Of a stretch of DNA of 64,000 nucleotides, positions 36,634-45,895 are shown one piece after another. The stretch lies in assembly GCA_021785125.1 (NCBI GenBank), contig JAJYGF010000012.1, forward strand, positions 16,612-80,611, in the 5' to 3' direction. Under the pieces are notes generated by a model. It did not search any database, was not told the DNA's origin, and saw only the letters and a list, made by a program, of their open reading frames with translations. Each line of letters starts with the position of its first letter. Position 1 is the first letter of the stretch. A program made the position numbers and the translations under genes. Source of the stretch: a bacterium (lineage in GTDB: Bacteria; Patescibacteriota; Minisyncoccia; Moranbacterales; UBA2206).

Positions 36634-37917
36634 ATGTCAGAACTAAAAGACAAGAAGGTCTGTGTCATAGGCATGGGTTACGTCGGCCTTCCGCTGGCGG
36701 CTGTCTGCGCGAAAAAAGGATACGCAGTAACCGGATTTGATACGGACAAAGCGAAATTGGAAATCATCGCCCAGGGCAAGAGCCCCTTCCATGAGAAGTT
36801 TCTGGAAGATCTTCTGCCACAGGTGAAGATCAATGTCACTTCCGATCCGGCCGGAATCAAGGATCACGATATCTATCTGATCTGCGTGCCGACTCCGGTT
36901 GATGAAGAGCATAATCCTGATCTGAAATATGTCATTCTGGCTTCCGAATCCGTGGCCCAAAACATGAAAAAAGGCGCGCTGGTGGTTCTGGAATCAACCG
37001 TTAATCCAGGAGTAAGCGAAGAAGCGGTTGCGCCGATATTTGAAAAAGCCGGCTATGTGATCGGCCAGGATGTTTTTATTTCACATTGTCCGGAACGGGT
37101 CAATCCCGGCGATCCGAAATGGAACGTTTCCAACATTCCGAGAGTGGTCGGCTCTTTCGATGAGAAAGGCCTAGTAATGACCAAAGAATTTTATGAAAGC
37201 GTGGTTGATGCCGAAATTATGCCGATGGATAGCATTCGCGAAGCCGAGGCGGTAAAAATTATGGAAAATTCCTTCCGCGACATCAACATTGCTTTCGTCA
37301 ACGAGATGGCGATGTCATTCGCCAGGATGGATATCGATATCACCAATGTCATCCGTGGCGCTTCGACCAAGCCATACGCATTCATGGCGCACAACCCGGG
37401 CTGTGGCGTTGGCGGACATTGCATTCCGGTCGATCCGTACTACATGATCCAGAAAGGCAAAGAAAATAATTTTGAACATAAATTCCTATCCTCCGCCCGC
37501 TTGATCAATGACGGCATGGCCGATTATACCGTCGAACTTCTGCAAGACAGGATGAATGAAGCTGGAAAGGCCGTAAAAGGATCGAAAGTCGGAGTGCTCG
37601 GCATCTCATACAAAGGAAACGTCGGAGATCTGCGCGAGAGTCCGGCTTTACGCATAATCGAAAAGATCAAAGTTCTTGAGCCGGAACTTTTAACATACGA
37701 CCCATATATTCCGGAATTTTCGACTGTCAGAAATCTGGACGAAATTCTTTCCAAATCAGAAGCTATAGTTATTGTGACCGATCACAAAGAATTTAAAAAT
37801 ATCCCCGTCGAAGATTTTGTGAAAAACGGGATCAAAGTGATCATTGACGGCCGAAATTGCCTGGATAAAAAGGCTATCCGTGAAACAGGCATAATCTACG
37901 CCGGAATCGGACGCTAA
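36634..37917 (+). CDS. UDP-N-acetylhexosamine 6-dehydrogenase (WbpA/WecC/TviB-like)
   Basis: GMGYVGLP, ICVPTP, ESTV.PG, PERVNPG, GVGGHCIPVDP, DLRESP. Confidence 0.93.
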   Translation: MSELKDKKVCVIGMGYVGLPLAAVCAKKGYAVTGFDTDKAKLEIIAQGKSPFHEKFLEDLLPQVKINVTSDPAGIKDHDIYLICVPTPVDEEHNPDLKYVILASESVAQNMKKGALVVLESTVNPGVSEEAVAPIFEKAGYVIGQDVFISHCPERVNPGDPKWNVSNIPRVVGSFDEKGLVMTKEFYESVVDAEIMPMDSIREAEAVKIMENSFRDINIAFVNEMAMSFARMDIDITNVIRGASTKPYAFMAHNPGCGVGGHCIPVDPYYMIQKGKENNFEHKFLSSARLINDGMADYTVELLQDRMNEAGKAVKGSKVGVLGISYKGNVGDLRESPALRIIEKIKVLEPELLTYDPYIPEFSTVRNLDEILSKSEAIVIVTDHKEFKNIPVEDFVKNGIKVIIDGRNCLDKKAIRETGIIYAGIGR

Positions 37918-38014
37918 AAAATAATCGTACCGCAAAACGAGGCTCCTTATGGGGCCTTGTTGCTTATTGAATGAAAATTTGCCATAATGAAAACAATAAA
38001 AATAAAAAACAACT

Positions 38015-38251
38015 ATGTTTGATATTATCAAATCCATCCTCTGGATCGCAGTGATTTTGGTTCTGGCTTATTTTGTGATGAATTATTACGGTTATCGAAT
38101 AAATATGGATTACTTTTCCTATAGCCAGAAACAATGCGAGGAAAAAATCACCGAGTGTACCAATGCGGTTTTTCATAAGGGAATCGATAATGCCGACAAA
38201 TGCAATTTCAATTGCGTGAATCCCCAATTAATCATTAAGAAGACAAAATAA
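38015..38251 (+). CDS. Small membrane-anchored 4-Cys hypothetical protein
   Basis: 78 aa, N-terminal TM; stop overlaps next start (TAATG). Confidence 0.7.
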   Translation: MFDIIKSILWIAVILVLAYFVMNYYGYRINMDYFSYSQKQCEEKITECTNAVFHKGIDNADKCNFNCVNPQLIIKKTK

Positions 38252-39201
38252 TGAAGCTCGTCGTAAATCTTCCGGCTTTCAATGAAGAGGAAAAGATCGG
38301 AGAAACTATCCGAAGAATTCCCCGCCAAATAGAAGGCATCGACGAAGTGATCGTGCAAATCATCGATGATGGCAGCAAGGATAAAACCGTTCAAACGGCC
38401 AAAAATGCAGGCGCGGATTTTGTTTACGTCAACGGCATCAATCGAGGTATCGGCATCACTTTCAAGCATGCCGCGGAAAGGGCATTGGACAATGGCGCGG
38501 ATATTATGGTCAATATGGACGCTGACGGCCAATTCAATCCACAGGACATTGCGAAGATAATCGATCCGATCCTTAAAAAAGAAGCGGACATTGTCAGTGC
38601 CAGTCGCTTTGGTGATAAGGAGGCGAAAGATATGCCTAAAACCAAATATTGGCTGAATCGCGTGGCCGCCAAAATCATCGGCAATTTTATGAATTTCGAA
38701 ATTGATGATTTGACTTGCGGCTTCCGTGCGTACAGCCGTGAAGCGTTGTTGCGCCTGAATATTGTGCCGGGATTTACCTATACCCAAGAAACGATCATCG
38801 ACGCGATCGGAAAAAACATGAAAATAAAATGGGTTCCGGTGGAGGTGACATATTATAGCGGAAGAAAGTCACGGGTAGTCAAAAGCATCTTTAATTACGT
38901 CAACAACAGCGGAAAAATCATTTTGGAAGCGGTCCGCGACGTGCGACCGATGAAATTTTTCGGCTGGCCGGCCTTTGTTATGATACTGACTTCTTTCGGA
39001 TTCTTCGGATATTTTTTAATCATGTATTTCCAAGACTTCAAAATTACGCCCTACAAAAACGTGTTGCTGGTCGGACTGGTTCTTCTGATTGTGGGCATCC
39101 AATTTTTAATCTTTGCCTTCATCGCGGACATGATAAAATCCACTCGAAAATTGATCGAGGATCAGGCGCAACTCCTGAAAAAATGGCGCTATAAGAAATA
39201 A
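38251..39201 (+). CDS. GT2 polyprenyl-phosphate glycosyltransferase (DPM1/ArnC-like)
   Basis: PAFNEE, DDGSKD, MDADGQF, CGFRAY, two C-terminal TMs. Confidence 0.9.
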   Translation: MKLVVNLPAFNEEEKIGETIRRIPRQIEGIDEVIVQIIDDGSKDKTVQTAKNAGADFVYVNGINRGIGITFKHAAERALDNGADIMVNMDADGQFNPQDIAKIIDPILKKEADIVSASRFGDKEAKDMPKTKYWLNRVAAKIIGNFMNFEIDDLTCGFRAYSREALLRLNIVPGFTYTQETIIDAIGKNMKIKWVPVEVTYYSGRKSRVVKSIFNYVNNSGKIILEAVRDVRPMKFFGWPAFVMILTSFGFFGYFLIMYFQDFKITPYKNVLLVGLVLLIVGIQFLIFAFIADMIKSTRKLIEDQAQLLKKWRYKK

Positions 39202-39280
39202 GTTTTTCGCACGCACCGGGAATACTGGCCTTTTGGTTGTTTTTGGGTTAGAATGATAATGTTAAATTTTTAGCCGATCT

Positions 39281-40390
39281 ATGCGCGTCTTATTCATTTC
39301 ACACGCCTATCCCCCCACGGTTGGAGGCGTCGAAAATCATAATTACGAACTTTCGGCATGGTTGGCCAAGATTTCTGAAACAACGACCATTGCTAATAAA
39401 AAAGGCAAAAAATTTCTACCGATATTCATGCCCTATGCCCTCATAAAAAGCCTTCTGGTCTTGCCTAAATTTGACGTAATCCTTCTGGGCAACGGATTAT
39501 TATCGCACATTGGGTGGATATTAAAGATCATATATCGGAAACCGGTCGTAGCGGTATTGCACGGATTGGATCTGACTTTTAAAAACAGATTCTATCAGGC
39601 ATTTTGGGTCGGATTTTTCATAAAAAGAATGGATAAATTGGTCGCGGTCGGCAATGAAACCGTCCGGGTCGCGGAAAGAAAAGGAATCGCTCCGGAAAGA
39701 TTGGTTTTTATTCCGAACGGCATCGATACGGAAAAATACAGCGGAAATTTTTCCAGAAATGATCTGGAACGTCTACTCGGCGAAGATCTGTCCGGCAAAA
39801 AAATCCTTCTGACTTCCGGACGTCTGGCAAAACGGAAAGGTGTGGCTTGGTTTGTCCGGAACGTTTTGCCGAAATTGGATGGGAACATCATTTATGTCAT
39901 TGCGGGAGATGGAAATGACAAAGACAATGTCAAGGTGGCGATTTCAGAATCAAAAATGGATAATCGAACGAGAATGCTGGGATATGTCACGGATAAAGAG
40001 CGCGATCTGCTTTTCCATACCTGCGACATTTTTATCCAACCAAACATCAAGATTCACGGCGATATGGAAGGTTTCGGCATTTCGGTCATAGAGGCCGCTT
40101 ACTGCGGCATTCCGGTCATCGCCGCGAAATTGGAAGGTCTCCAGGATGCCATATTCGACGGACAAAACGGCTTTTTGGTCGAACCGGAAGATGCCGATAG
40201 CTATGCCTTGAAGATCAATGAGCTTCTTGGCAATGAAGTTTTCCGCAAAGAATTCGGAAAAAGAGCCAGTCGCTTCGTGGCGGACAATTTCAGCTGGGAA
40301 AAAATTTCGCAGAAGTATCTGGCGGAAATCGAAAAAGCTGTTTCCGATTCGAGAATCAAAACAAACGAAGAAATAAAAACGCATGTTTAA
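39281..40390 (+). CDS. GT4 glycosyltransferase
   Basis: YPPTVGG, GRLAKRKG, EGFGISVIEA. Confidence 0.92.
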   Translation: MRVLFISHAYPPTVGGVENHNYELSAWLAKISETTTIANKKGKKFLPIFMPYALIKSLLVLPKFDVILLGNGLLSHIGWILKIIYRKPVVAVLHGLDLTFKNRFYQAFWVGFFIKRMDKLVAVGNETVRVAERKGIAPERLVFIPNGIDTEKYSGNFSRNDLERLLGEDLSGKKILLTSGRLAKRKGVAWFVRNVLPKLDGNIIYVIAGDGNDKDNVKVAISESKMDNRTRMLGYVTDKERDLLFHTCDIFIQPNIKIHGDMEGFGISVIEAAYCGIPVIAAKLEGLQDAIFDGQNGFLVEPEDADSYALKINELLGNEVFRKEFGKRASRFVADNFSWEKISQKYLAEIEKAVSDSRIKTNEEIKTHV

Positions 40391-42281
40391 TTTTTTAATC
40401 AGTCAAACATTATTTTATACGGTTTCTCTTTTCGTCCTTTTTGTGCCGGGATATTTTTTGCTTTTAGCCATCTTTGGAAAAAGACGGATCCTTAGCGGTT
40501 TGGAAAGATTTGTAATTTCATTCGGCTTCAGCATCATCAGCGTGGATTTCATCAATTTCTCGTTTTCCGGCCTGCATATTCCAATCACTCGCCTCTCCAC
40601 TTTTTTGGGAATCGCTATTTTTAGTCTGGTCTGCTTTGCGATTTACCGATTTAGAAGATTCGCCGACAGCCCAGATGACGGCCGGCTCTTTAATTTTTCC
40701 AAAAATCAGCTGATTTTGATTCTAATCTTGATATTCCTGATGTTTTTTATAAAACTTTCATATCTGACCGGAACTGTATTTCCGACCGCTACCGACATGG
40801 GCCATCACATGTTCTGGTCCGAATGGATGGCTGACAATCACAAACTTCCGACATATGACGGCATGCCGGACTTCATTATCGGCGAACATATCATCTTCGG
40901 GGCGATCATTTTGCTTTCCAATGCAGATGTCACGAGCGCTTTTCCGGTTGTTGTTTTGCTGCTTATCGATCTCTTGAGCATTTTGGCCATTTTCATTCTG
41001 ACGCTTCGAATCTTCAAGCAGAAGAATGTCGCCATTATGACCCTGCTTTTTTCCGGCGTTCTTTATGCCGTAACTTCTCCGCAAGCCAAATTCGTCAGCG
41101 GGGGCGTGGTTGGAAATGTTATGGGAAATTTCTTACTGCCCCTGTCTTTTTATTTCTATTACAGGGCCTTTGAATTTTTTGAAAACGGCACCCTTACCAC
41201 AAATGAATCTCGAACATTTTTGGCTCTGGCCTTTTTCTCCACCTTTGGCCTGTTTTATACTCATCATCTGACAGCCTTTATATTTTTATTCATATCATTT
41301 TTAGCTATCGTCCTTTTTCTGATTCTGAACTTTTCAAAACTGAAAGAAACGATCGAAGCCGCCTTAAAGCTCATTCTTTCTCCACGCGTCATGGCGGTTT
41401 TCATCGGCGGCTTGGTATTCTTTTTTTTCATATTCACGCCGAATTACATAAAAACCAGCGCGGTTAATACTGTTGTCGGAGCTCCATCAAAAGGTACCCG
41501 CGTCGGATTAAGCATCGCTAATTTGCGATCTTCAGTCGGCGAAGCCAGGTTAGCATTAGGTTTTGTGGGCCTCCTGATCCTGGCGTGGGGATACAAGAGA
41601 AGGAATCTTGGCTATACGATCATTTCCGCGTGGGCCGTCATGATTTTTATCATGTCTACCGAACCGCATCTCCTATTTGTGAACTTGCCCAGCAATCGGA
41701 TCGGCAATTATCTATCCTATCCAATTGCGATTCTCGGATCATACGCTCTTTGCTTTGTTTTTGGCTCCAGATTCCGGCTGGAAAAAAACGAGCGGATCGT
41801 TCCCAACAGTCTTGTCCGACTCAGTCTTGCAGCAATCCTTGTTTTTGTTTTGGTGAATGGGATTTCCGATTCAGCCTTAGCCTTCAAGAACAGCAACAAA
41901 TTGAGCCTGATTGCTCAAACTTTCGATTCTTCCCAATATCTGGTGCCGCATATAACCAATTCCGACATGGTGCTCAAAGATCACAATTATATTACCGCCG
42001 ATTCATGGATAAAAATATTTTTCATGCGCGGATTCAAATTTCCGCTTTCGCGCGGATATTTCAAGCGCTACAACGATCCGACCAAACCTCGCGAAATGTG
42101 CACACTCGACATGATCGCTTCGCCAAACAGCCCGGATGCTGAGAAATGTTTTGCCGGTACGAACACCAATTTTATCATGGTCAATCCGCAGTATGACAGC
42201 GCCCAATTCCAAAAATTAAAAAATTTCAACCAAATTTATTCGAATTCCGAAATCAATATTTATTATCGCGTCAAACAATAA
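40383..42281 (+). CDS. Polytopic membrane protein, probable GT-C fold glycosyltransferase
   Basis: About 13 TMs; loop PTATDMGHH; soluble C-terminal domain; operon context. Confidence 0.6.
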   Translation: MFNFLISQTLFYTVSLFVLFVPGYFLLLAIFGKRRILSGLERFVISFGFSIISVDFINFSFSGLHIPITRLSTFLGIAIFSLVCFAIYRFRRFADSPDDGRLFNFSKNQLILILILIFLMFFIKLSYLTGTVFPTATDMGHHMFWSEWMADNHKLPTYDGMPDFIIGEHIIFGAIILLSNADVTSAFPVVVLLLIDLLSILAIFILTLRIFKQKNVAIMTLLFSGVLYAVTSPQAKFVSGGVVGNVMGNFLLPLSFYFYYRAFEFFENGTLTTNESRTFLALAFFSTFGLFYTHHLTAFIFLFISFLAIVLFLILNFSKLKETIEAALKLILSPRVMAVFIGGLVFFFFIFTPNYIKTSAVNTVVGAPSKGTRVGLSIANLRSSVGEARLALGFVGLLILAWGYKRRNLGYTIISAWAVMIFIMSTEPHLLFVNLPSNRIGNYLSYPIAILGSYALCFVFGSRFRLEKNERIVPNSLVRLSLAAILVFVLVNGISDSALAFKNSNKLSLIAQTFDSSQYLVPHITNSDMVLKDHNYITADSWIKIFFMRGFKFPLSRGYFKRYNDPTKPREMCTLDMIASPNSPDAEKCFAGTNTNFIMVNPQYDSAQFQKLKNFNQIYSNSEINIYYRVKQ

Positions 42282-42282
42282 G

Positions 42283-42660
42283 ATGAAAAAAATCAGTCAG
42301 GCCAATCTAATCATATTCTTTTTTGTTGCGCTGTTTTTGGTCGGGTCGATCTATCTTTTTTCCATCGATCAGAGATATGACAGCCACAAATATGCCAAGG
42401 GGTGGTGGTCCTTGTCTTTTGATAATCCAAAAACGAATGACTTAAGTTTCGAAATTGAAAATTTTACATCCAAATCGGATTTTCATTGGGAGTTATTGGC
42501 CGACAACGCGCAAATTTCCGAAGGAGATGCAAGTATCGGTCACGGCAAAACCCAAGAAATCAAAATCGACGCTGACAAGGCTCAGTCCGACAAAAGAATG
42601 ATCATACGGATTTCTCTCGGAACAGATACAAAGGAAATATACAAAAACATCAGTAATTAA
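42283..42660 (+). CDS. Membrane-anchored beta-rich hypothetical protein
   Basis: 125 aa, N-terminal TM, operonic. Confidence 0.7.
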   Translation: MKKISQANLIIFFFVALFLVGSIYLFSIDQRYDSHKYAKGWWSLSFDNPKTNDLSFEIENFTSKSDFHWELLADNAQISEGDASIGHGKTQEIKIDADKAQSDKRMIIRISLGTDTKEIYKNISN

Positions 42661-42664
42661 GGAT

Positions 42665-43792
42665 ATGGCTATGAAAAGAATACTTTTGGTGACTCGGCCG
42701 ATCGCGCCGCCGTGGGACGAGGCTTCCAAAAATTTCGCGTATCATTTGGCGCAAAACATCGATAAGCGCGATTTCGAGCTCCATCTGATGACGAAAGGCG
42801 TCCTGGCTGATCTTCCGGATGAAGTCATACAAGAGAACATATACACCCGCTCCGAAAATGATTTTTCGTTTTCACAGAAAATCCGCTCCTTGATGTTCCA
42901 ATTGAAAAATCGGAACAGTTTTAACATCGCGCACTATTTTTTCACGCCTACCAAGCTCAATTCGTTCATCATCAAAAGATTTGTTAAGAACCGGAAATTG
43001 CGCACTGTTCAGACCGTCGCCACTCTCCGAGAAGATCTGTTTTCTGATGCGGAAATAAAAACACTGATATTCGCCGACTACGTGGCGACATATTCCGATT
43101 ATGCGAAGAACAAATTGAATTTGCTGGGATTTAAAAAAGTGAGTCGGATTTATCCTGGGATAGATCTGCAGCAATATCTGATGCGTCCGAAAAATCAGGA
43201 ACTTATGAAAATTTTCAATTTTTCGGCAGGCGATTTCGTCATTCATTTTGGAGGAGAATATGTTCGCTTGGGCGCAATCGATGATGTTGTTGACGCTTTC
43301 ATTTCTGTTTCCCAAAAAATTCCAAATGCCAAACTTTTTTTGGCGGTCCGCGTAAAAAACAGCAAGGATGCCGAAAAAAAAGAACAGGTAATTTCCAAAT
43401 TGAAAAAGCAGAAGCTTCTGGAAAAAGTCGCCTTTTTTGATGATGGCAGATTTGAAATGGAAGAAATTTACAATCTGGCGGATATTTCCCTTTTTCCTGT
43501 CCGAAACATGCATGGAAAATTTGATGTGCCACTGGTAGTTGTCGAGGCGATGGCCTGTGAGAAACCGGTAATCCTTTCCGACATTCCTATTCTTCAAGAA
43601 TTCGCGACAAAAGACAACTCTGTTACTATTCAAAAAGGCGACGTTGCCGGATTAGCCCGGGCCATATCGGATCTTCACGACAATATCGAAAAAAGAAAAC
43701 TGCTGGGCAAACAAGCCAGAAAATACGTGGAAGACAATTTCGATATTAAAAAAGTAGCTGGTATTTATGAAAAAATATATGAAAAATTATGA
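42665..43792 (+). CDS. GT4 glycosyltransferase (divergent)
   Basis: PPWDEA, IYPGID, KFDVPLVVVEAMACEKP. Confidence 0.88.
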   Translation: MAMKRILLVTRPIAPPWDEASKNFAYHLAQNIDKRDFELHLMTKGVLADLPDEVIQENIYTRSENDFSFSQKIRSLMFQLKNRNSFNIAHYFFTPTKLNSFIIKRFVKNRKLRTVQTVATLREDLFSDAEIKTLIFADYVATYSDYAKNKLNLLGFKKVSRIYPGIDLQQYLMRPKNQELMKIFNFSAGDFVIHFGGEYVRLGAIDDVVDAFISVSQKIPNAKLFLAVRVKNSKDAEKKEQVISKLKKQKLLEKVAFFDDGRFEMEEIYNLADISLFPVRNMHGKFDVPLVVVEAMACEKPVILSDIPILQEFATKDNSVTIQKGDVAGLARAISDLHDNIEKRKLLGKQARKYVEDNFDIKKVAGIYEKIYEKL

Positions 43793-45275
43793 TTTGAAAA
43801 ATTTATCCGAACACAAAAAAGAGATGCGGACTCCTGAAATGAAAGTTCCGGCCATTTTTCATCTGTCCGACGATCTTATGCCGAACGATTCGACGCTTGA
43901 CGAAATAATAAATGTCGCTTCTTCGCCGCATGTTTTTCATCATGTGGCTGCCATGAGCGACGTCCACAGCAAAAAAGGCAGGAAGAATCCGACCGGCACG
44001 GTAATATCTTCAGAAAATTATCTTTTGCCCCAAATCAACGATACCGCCCCTAATTGCGGAATGAGACTTCTGAAAACCAGTTTGACCGATGAAGATTTCG
44101 GAGAGACTGAATTGGAAAAACTTTTCAAAGAATTGGTAAAAGTTATTCCGACCAAAGCCTATGTCGGAACCAGAATCCCCTATCGATTAGTCGTGGATAT
44201 TTGCCGCCAGGGCTTGCCGGCAGTTACGGAATATTTTAATACCCGCACCAAAAATGAAATTGAAAACACTTTCAAAAACGGAAATTTTTTCGACGAGGAA
44301 ATTTCAGAAAGGGATATTACGGACGTCATTCCGAAACTATTTCTGAACATCGGCAAATATCGGCTGGGAATTTTGGGCGCGGCCGGCAATCATTTCTTGG
44401 ATCTTATGAAAATTACCGAGATTAAGGATTCGGAAATCGCCAAAAAGTTCGGCATTGAAGAAGACCAGTATGTCTTCCTAATGCATACCGGCTCGGGCCT
44501 TCTGGGTCAATATGCTTCGTATTTCTATACTCCGAAGAGAAAAGAGCATTTGAGCCAAAAAATTATTTTGGAATTAGGCAAACTCGGATTCAAATCTCAA
44601 ATGGAACATGTTTATGAAAGACTTTCAAAACGCATAAGCGAAGCCAGAAATAAATCGGAATTTTTCGCGTATGAATCCGATAGCATGGAGGGCAGAATGT
44701 TTTTGCGTTCGCACAACGCGGCTGCCAATCACGGATTTGCCAATCGGGCCATACTGACCCATCATTTGGACCAAGCTATCGAACGCGTATTGGGAAAAGA
44801 TCCCGAATTGGAGCTTCTTTACGACATGCCGCATGTTTTTATCGATCGCGAAAATCATTTCGGCAAAGATCTGTGGGTGCATCGCAATGGAACCGTGCGC
44901 GCCAATGGACCAAAAAGAATGGCCCGCCATCCGATCTTTTCGACAACCGGCGAACCGGTGTTTATCCCGTCTTCTATGAGTACGCCGGCCTACTTGGGAG
45001 TCGGCACCGACGAGAACGAATCGTCTTTCTTTTCCGCCAGCCATGGCACCGGCCGCCGCAAGAATCCTGGCAAAGACACTCCGGTGAACAAGGCTGACCT
45101 TTTCGATAAGATGCAGGAAAAACAGGTCCGACTCTTCAATGCCAGATCCAAAGGCGTCGTAAAGCAGGACAGTGCATACTACAAAGATGTCGAGGAAGTC
45201 ATCCGCGGCATGGAAGACAATAAGATAGTGAAAATCGTGGCCAAGATGGAACCGGTAGCAGTTTTAATGTATTAA
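43767..45275 (+). CDS. Divergent RtcB-family ligase-like protein
   Basis: SDVH, NCGMR, GNHF, MHTGS, VHRNG, GEPVFIP.SM, SASHGTGR, YKDVEEVI. Confidence 0.9.
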   Translation: MKKYMKNYDLKNLSEHKKEMRTPEMKVPAIFHLSDDLMPNDSTLDEIINVASSPHVFHHVAAMSDVHSKKGRKNPTGTVISSENYLLPQINDTAPNCGMRLLKTSLTDEDFGETELEKLFKELVKVIPTKAYVGTRIPYRLVVDICRQGLPAVTEYFNTRTKNEIENTFKNGNFFDEEISERDITDVIPKLFLNIGKYRLGILGAAGNHFLDLMKITEIKDSEIAKKFGIEEDQYVFLMHTGSGLLGQYASYFYTPKRKEHLSQKIILELGKLGFKSQMEHVYERLSKRISEARNKSEFFAYESDSMEGRMFLRSHNAAANHGFANRAILTHHLDQAIERVLGKDPELELLYDMPHVFIDRENHFGKDLWVHRNGTVRANGPKRMARHPIFSTTGEPVFIPSSMSTPAYLGVGTDENESSFFSASHGTGRRKNPGKDTPVNKADLFDKMQEKQVRLFNARSKGVVKQDSAYYKDVEEVIRGMEDNKIVKIVAKMEPVAVLMY

Positions 45276-45283
45276 AATTAATT

Positions 45284-45895
45284 ATGAAGCTTATCACTTT
45301 TTCCGGAGTCGACGGCTCGGGCAAATCGACCCAGGTCAAAATGCTAAAAGAATATCTGGAATCAAAAGGCAAACGCGTCTATTATTTCCACGTGGTCGAA
45401 TTCGGCATTGCTAAAAAGATCAATGACCTAAAAAAATATTGCTTATTTTGCCAATTGACCGGCAGATGTGGGACATCCGGCAACGAAGAAAAAAGTGTGA
45501 CCAAGGCCAATTTCTGCCAGATCCAATTGCGCAGGTGCTTTTTATTCATCGACATCCTGCGTTTCAAATTTTTTCTCAAAAAATTGAAAAAAAATTTCGA
45601 CTATATTTTGAGCGACCGGTATTTTTATGATTCTGTCATAAACATCATTTATCTTTCCAAAAAAGATAAAAATTTGCCATGCGAAAAATCCATCATCAAG
45701 CCCGACAAGGCTTTTTATATGGATATTTCTCCGGAGCAGATCATGAAAAGAGAAAGGAGGCCTGACCAAGGCATCCGGTACCTGAAAGACAAAATCGCGC
45801 TTTTCAAGGGCCACACCAAGTCATGGAACATGCAAGTTATCGATGCGCAACAGGAAAAGGAGGCGATCTTCAAAATAATTTCAGAAAATTTATGA
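45284..45895 (+). CDS. Thymidylate-kinase-like P-loop kinase
   Basis: GVDGSGKST P-loop and DRYFYDS; lacks the TREPG motif; CLFCQLTGRC insertion. Confidence 0.8.
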   Translation: MKLITFSGVDGSGKSTQVKMLKEYLESKGKRVYYFHVVEFGIAKKINDLKKYCLFCQLTGRCGTSGNEEKSVTKANFCQIQLRRCFLFIDILRFKFFLKKLKKNFDYILSDRYFYDSVINIIYLSKKDKNLPCEKSIIKPDKAFYMDISPEQIMKRERRPDQGIRYLKDKIALFKGHTKSWNMQVIDAQQEKEAIFKIISENL

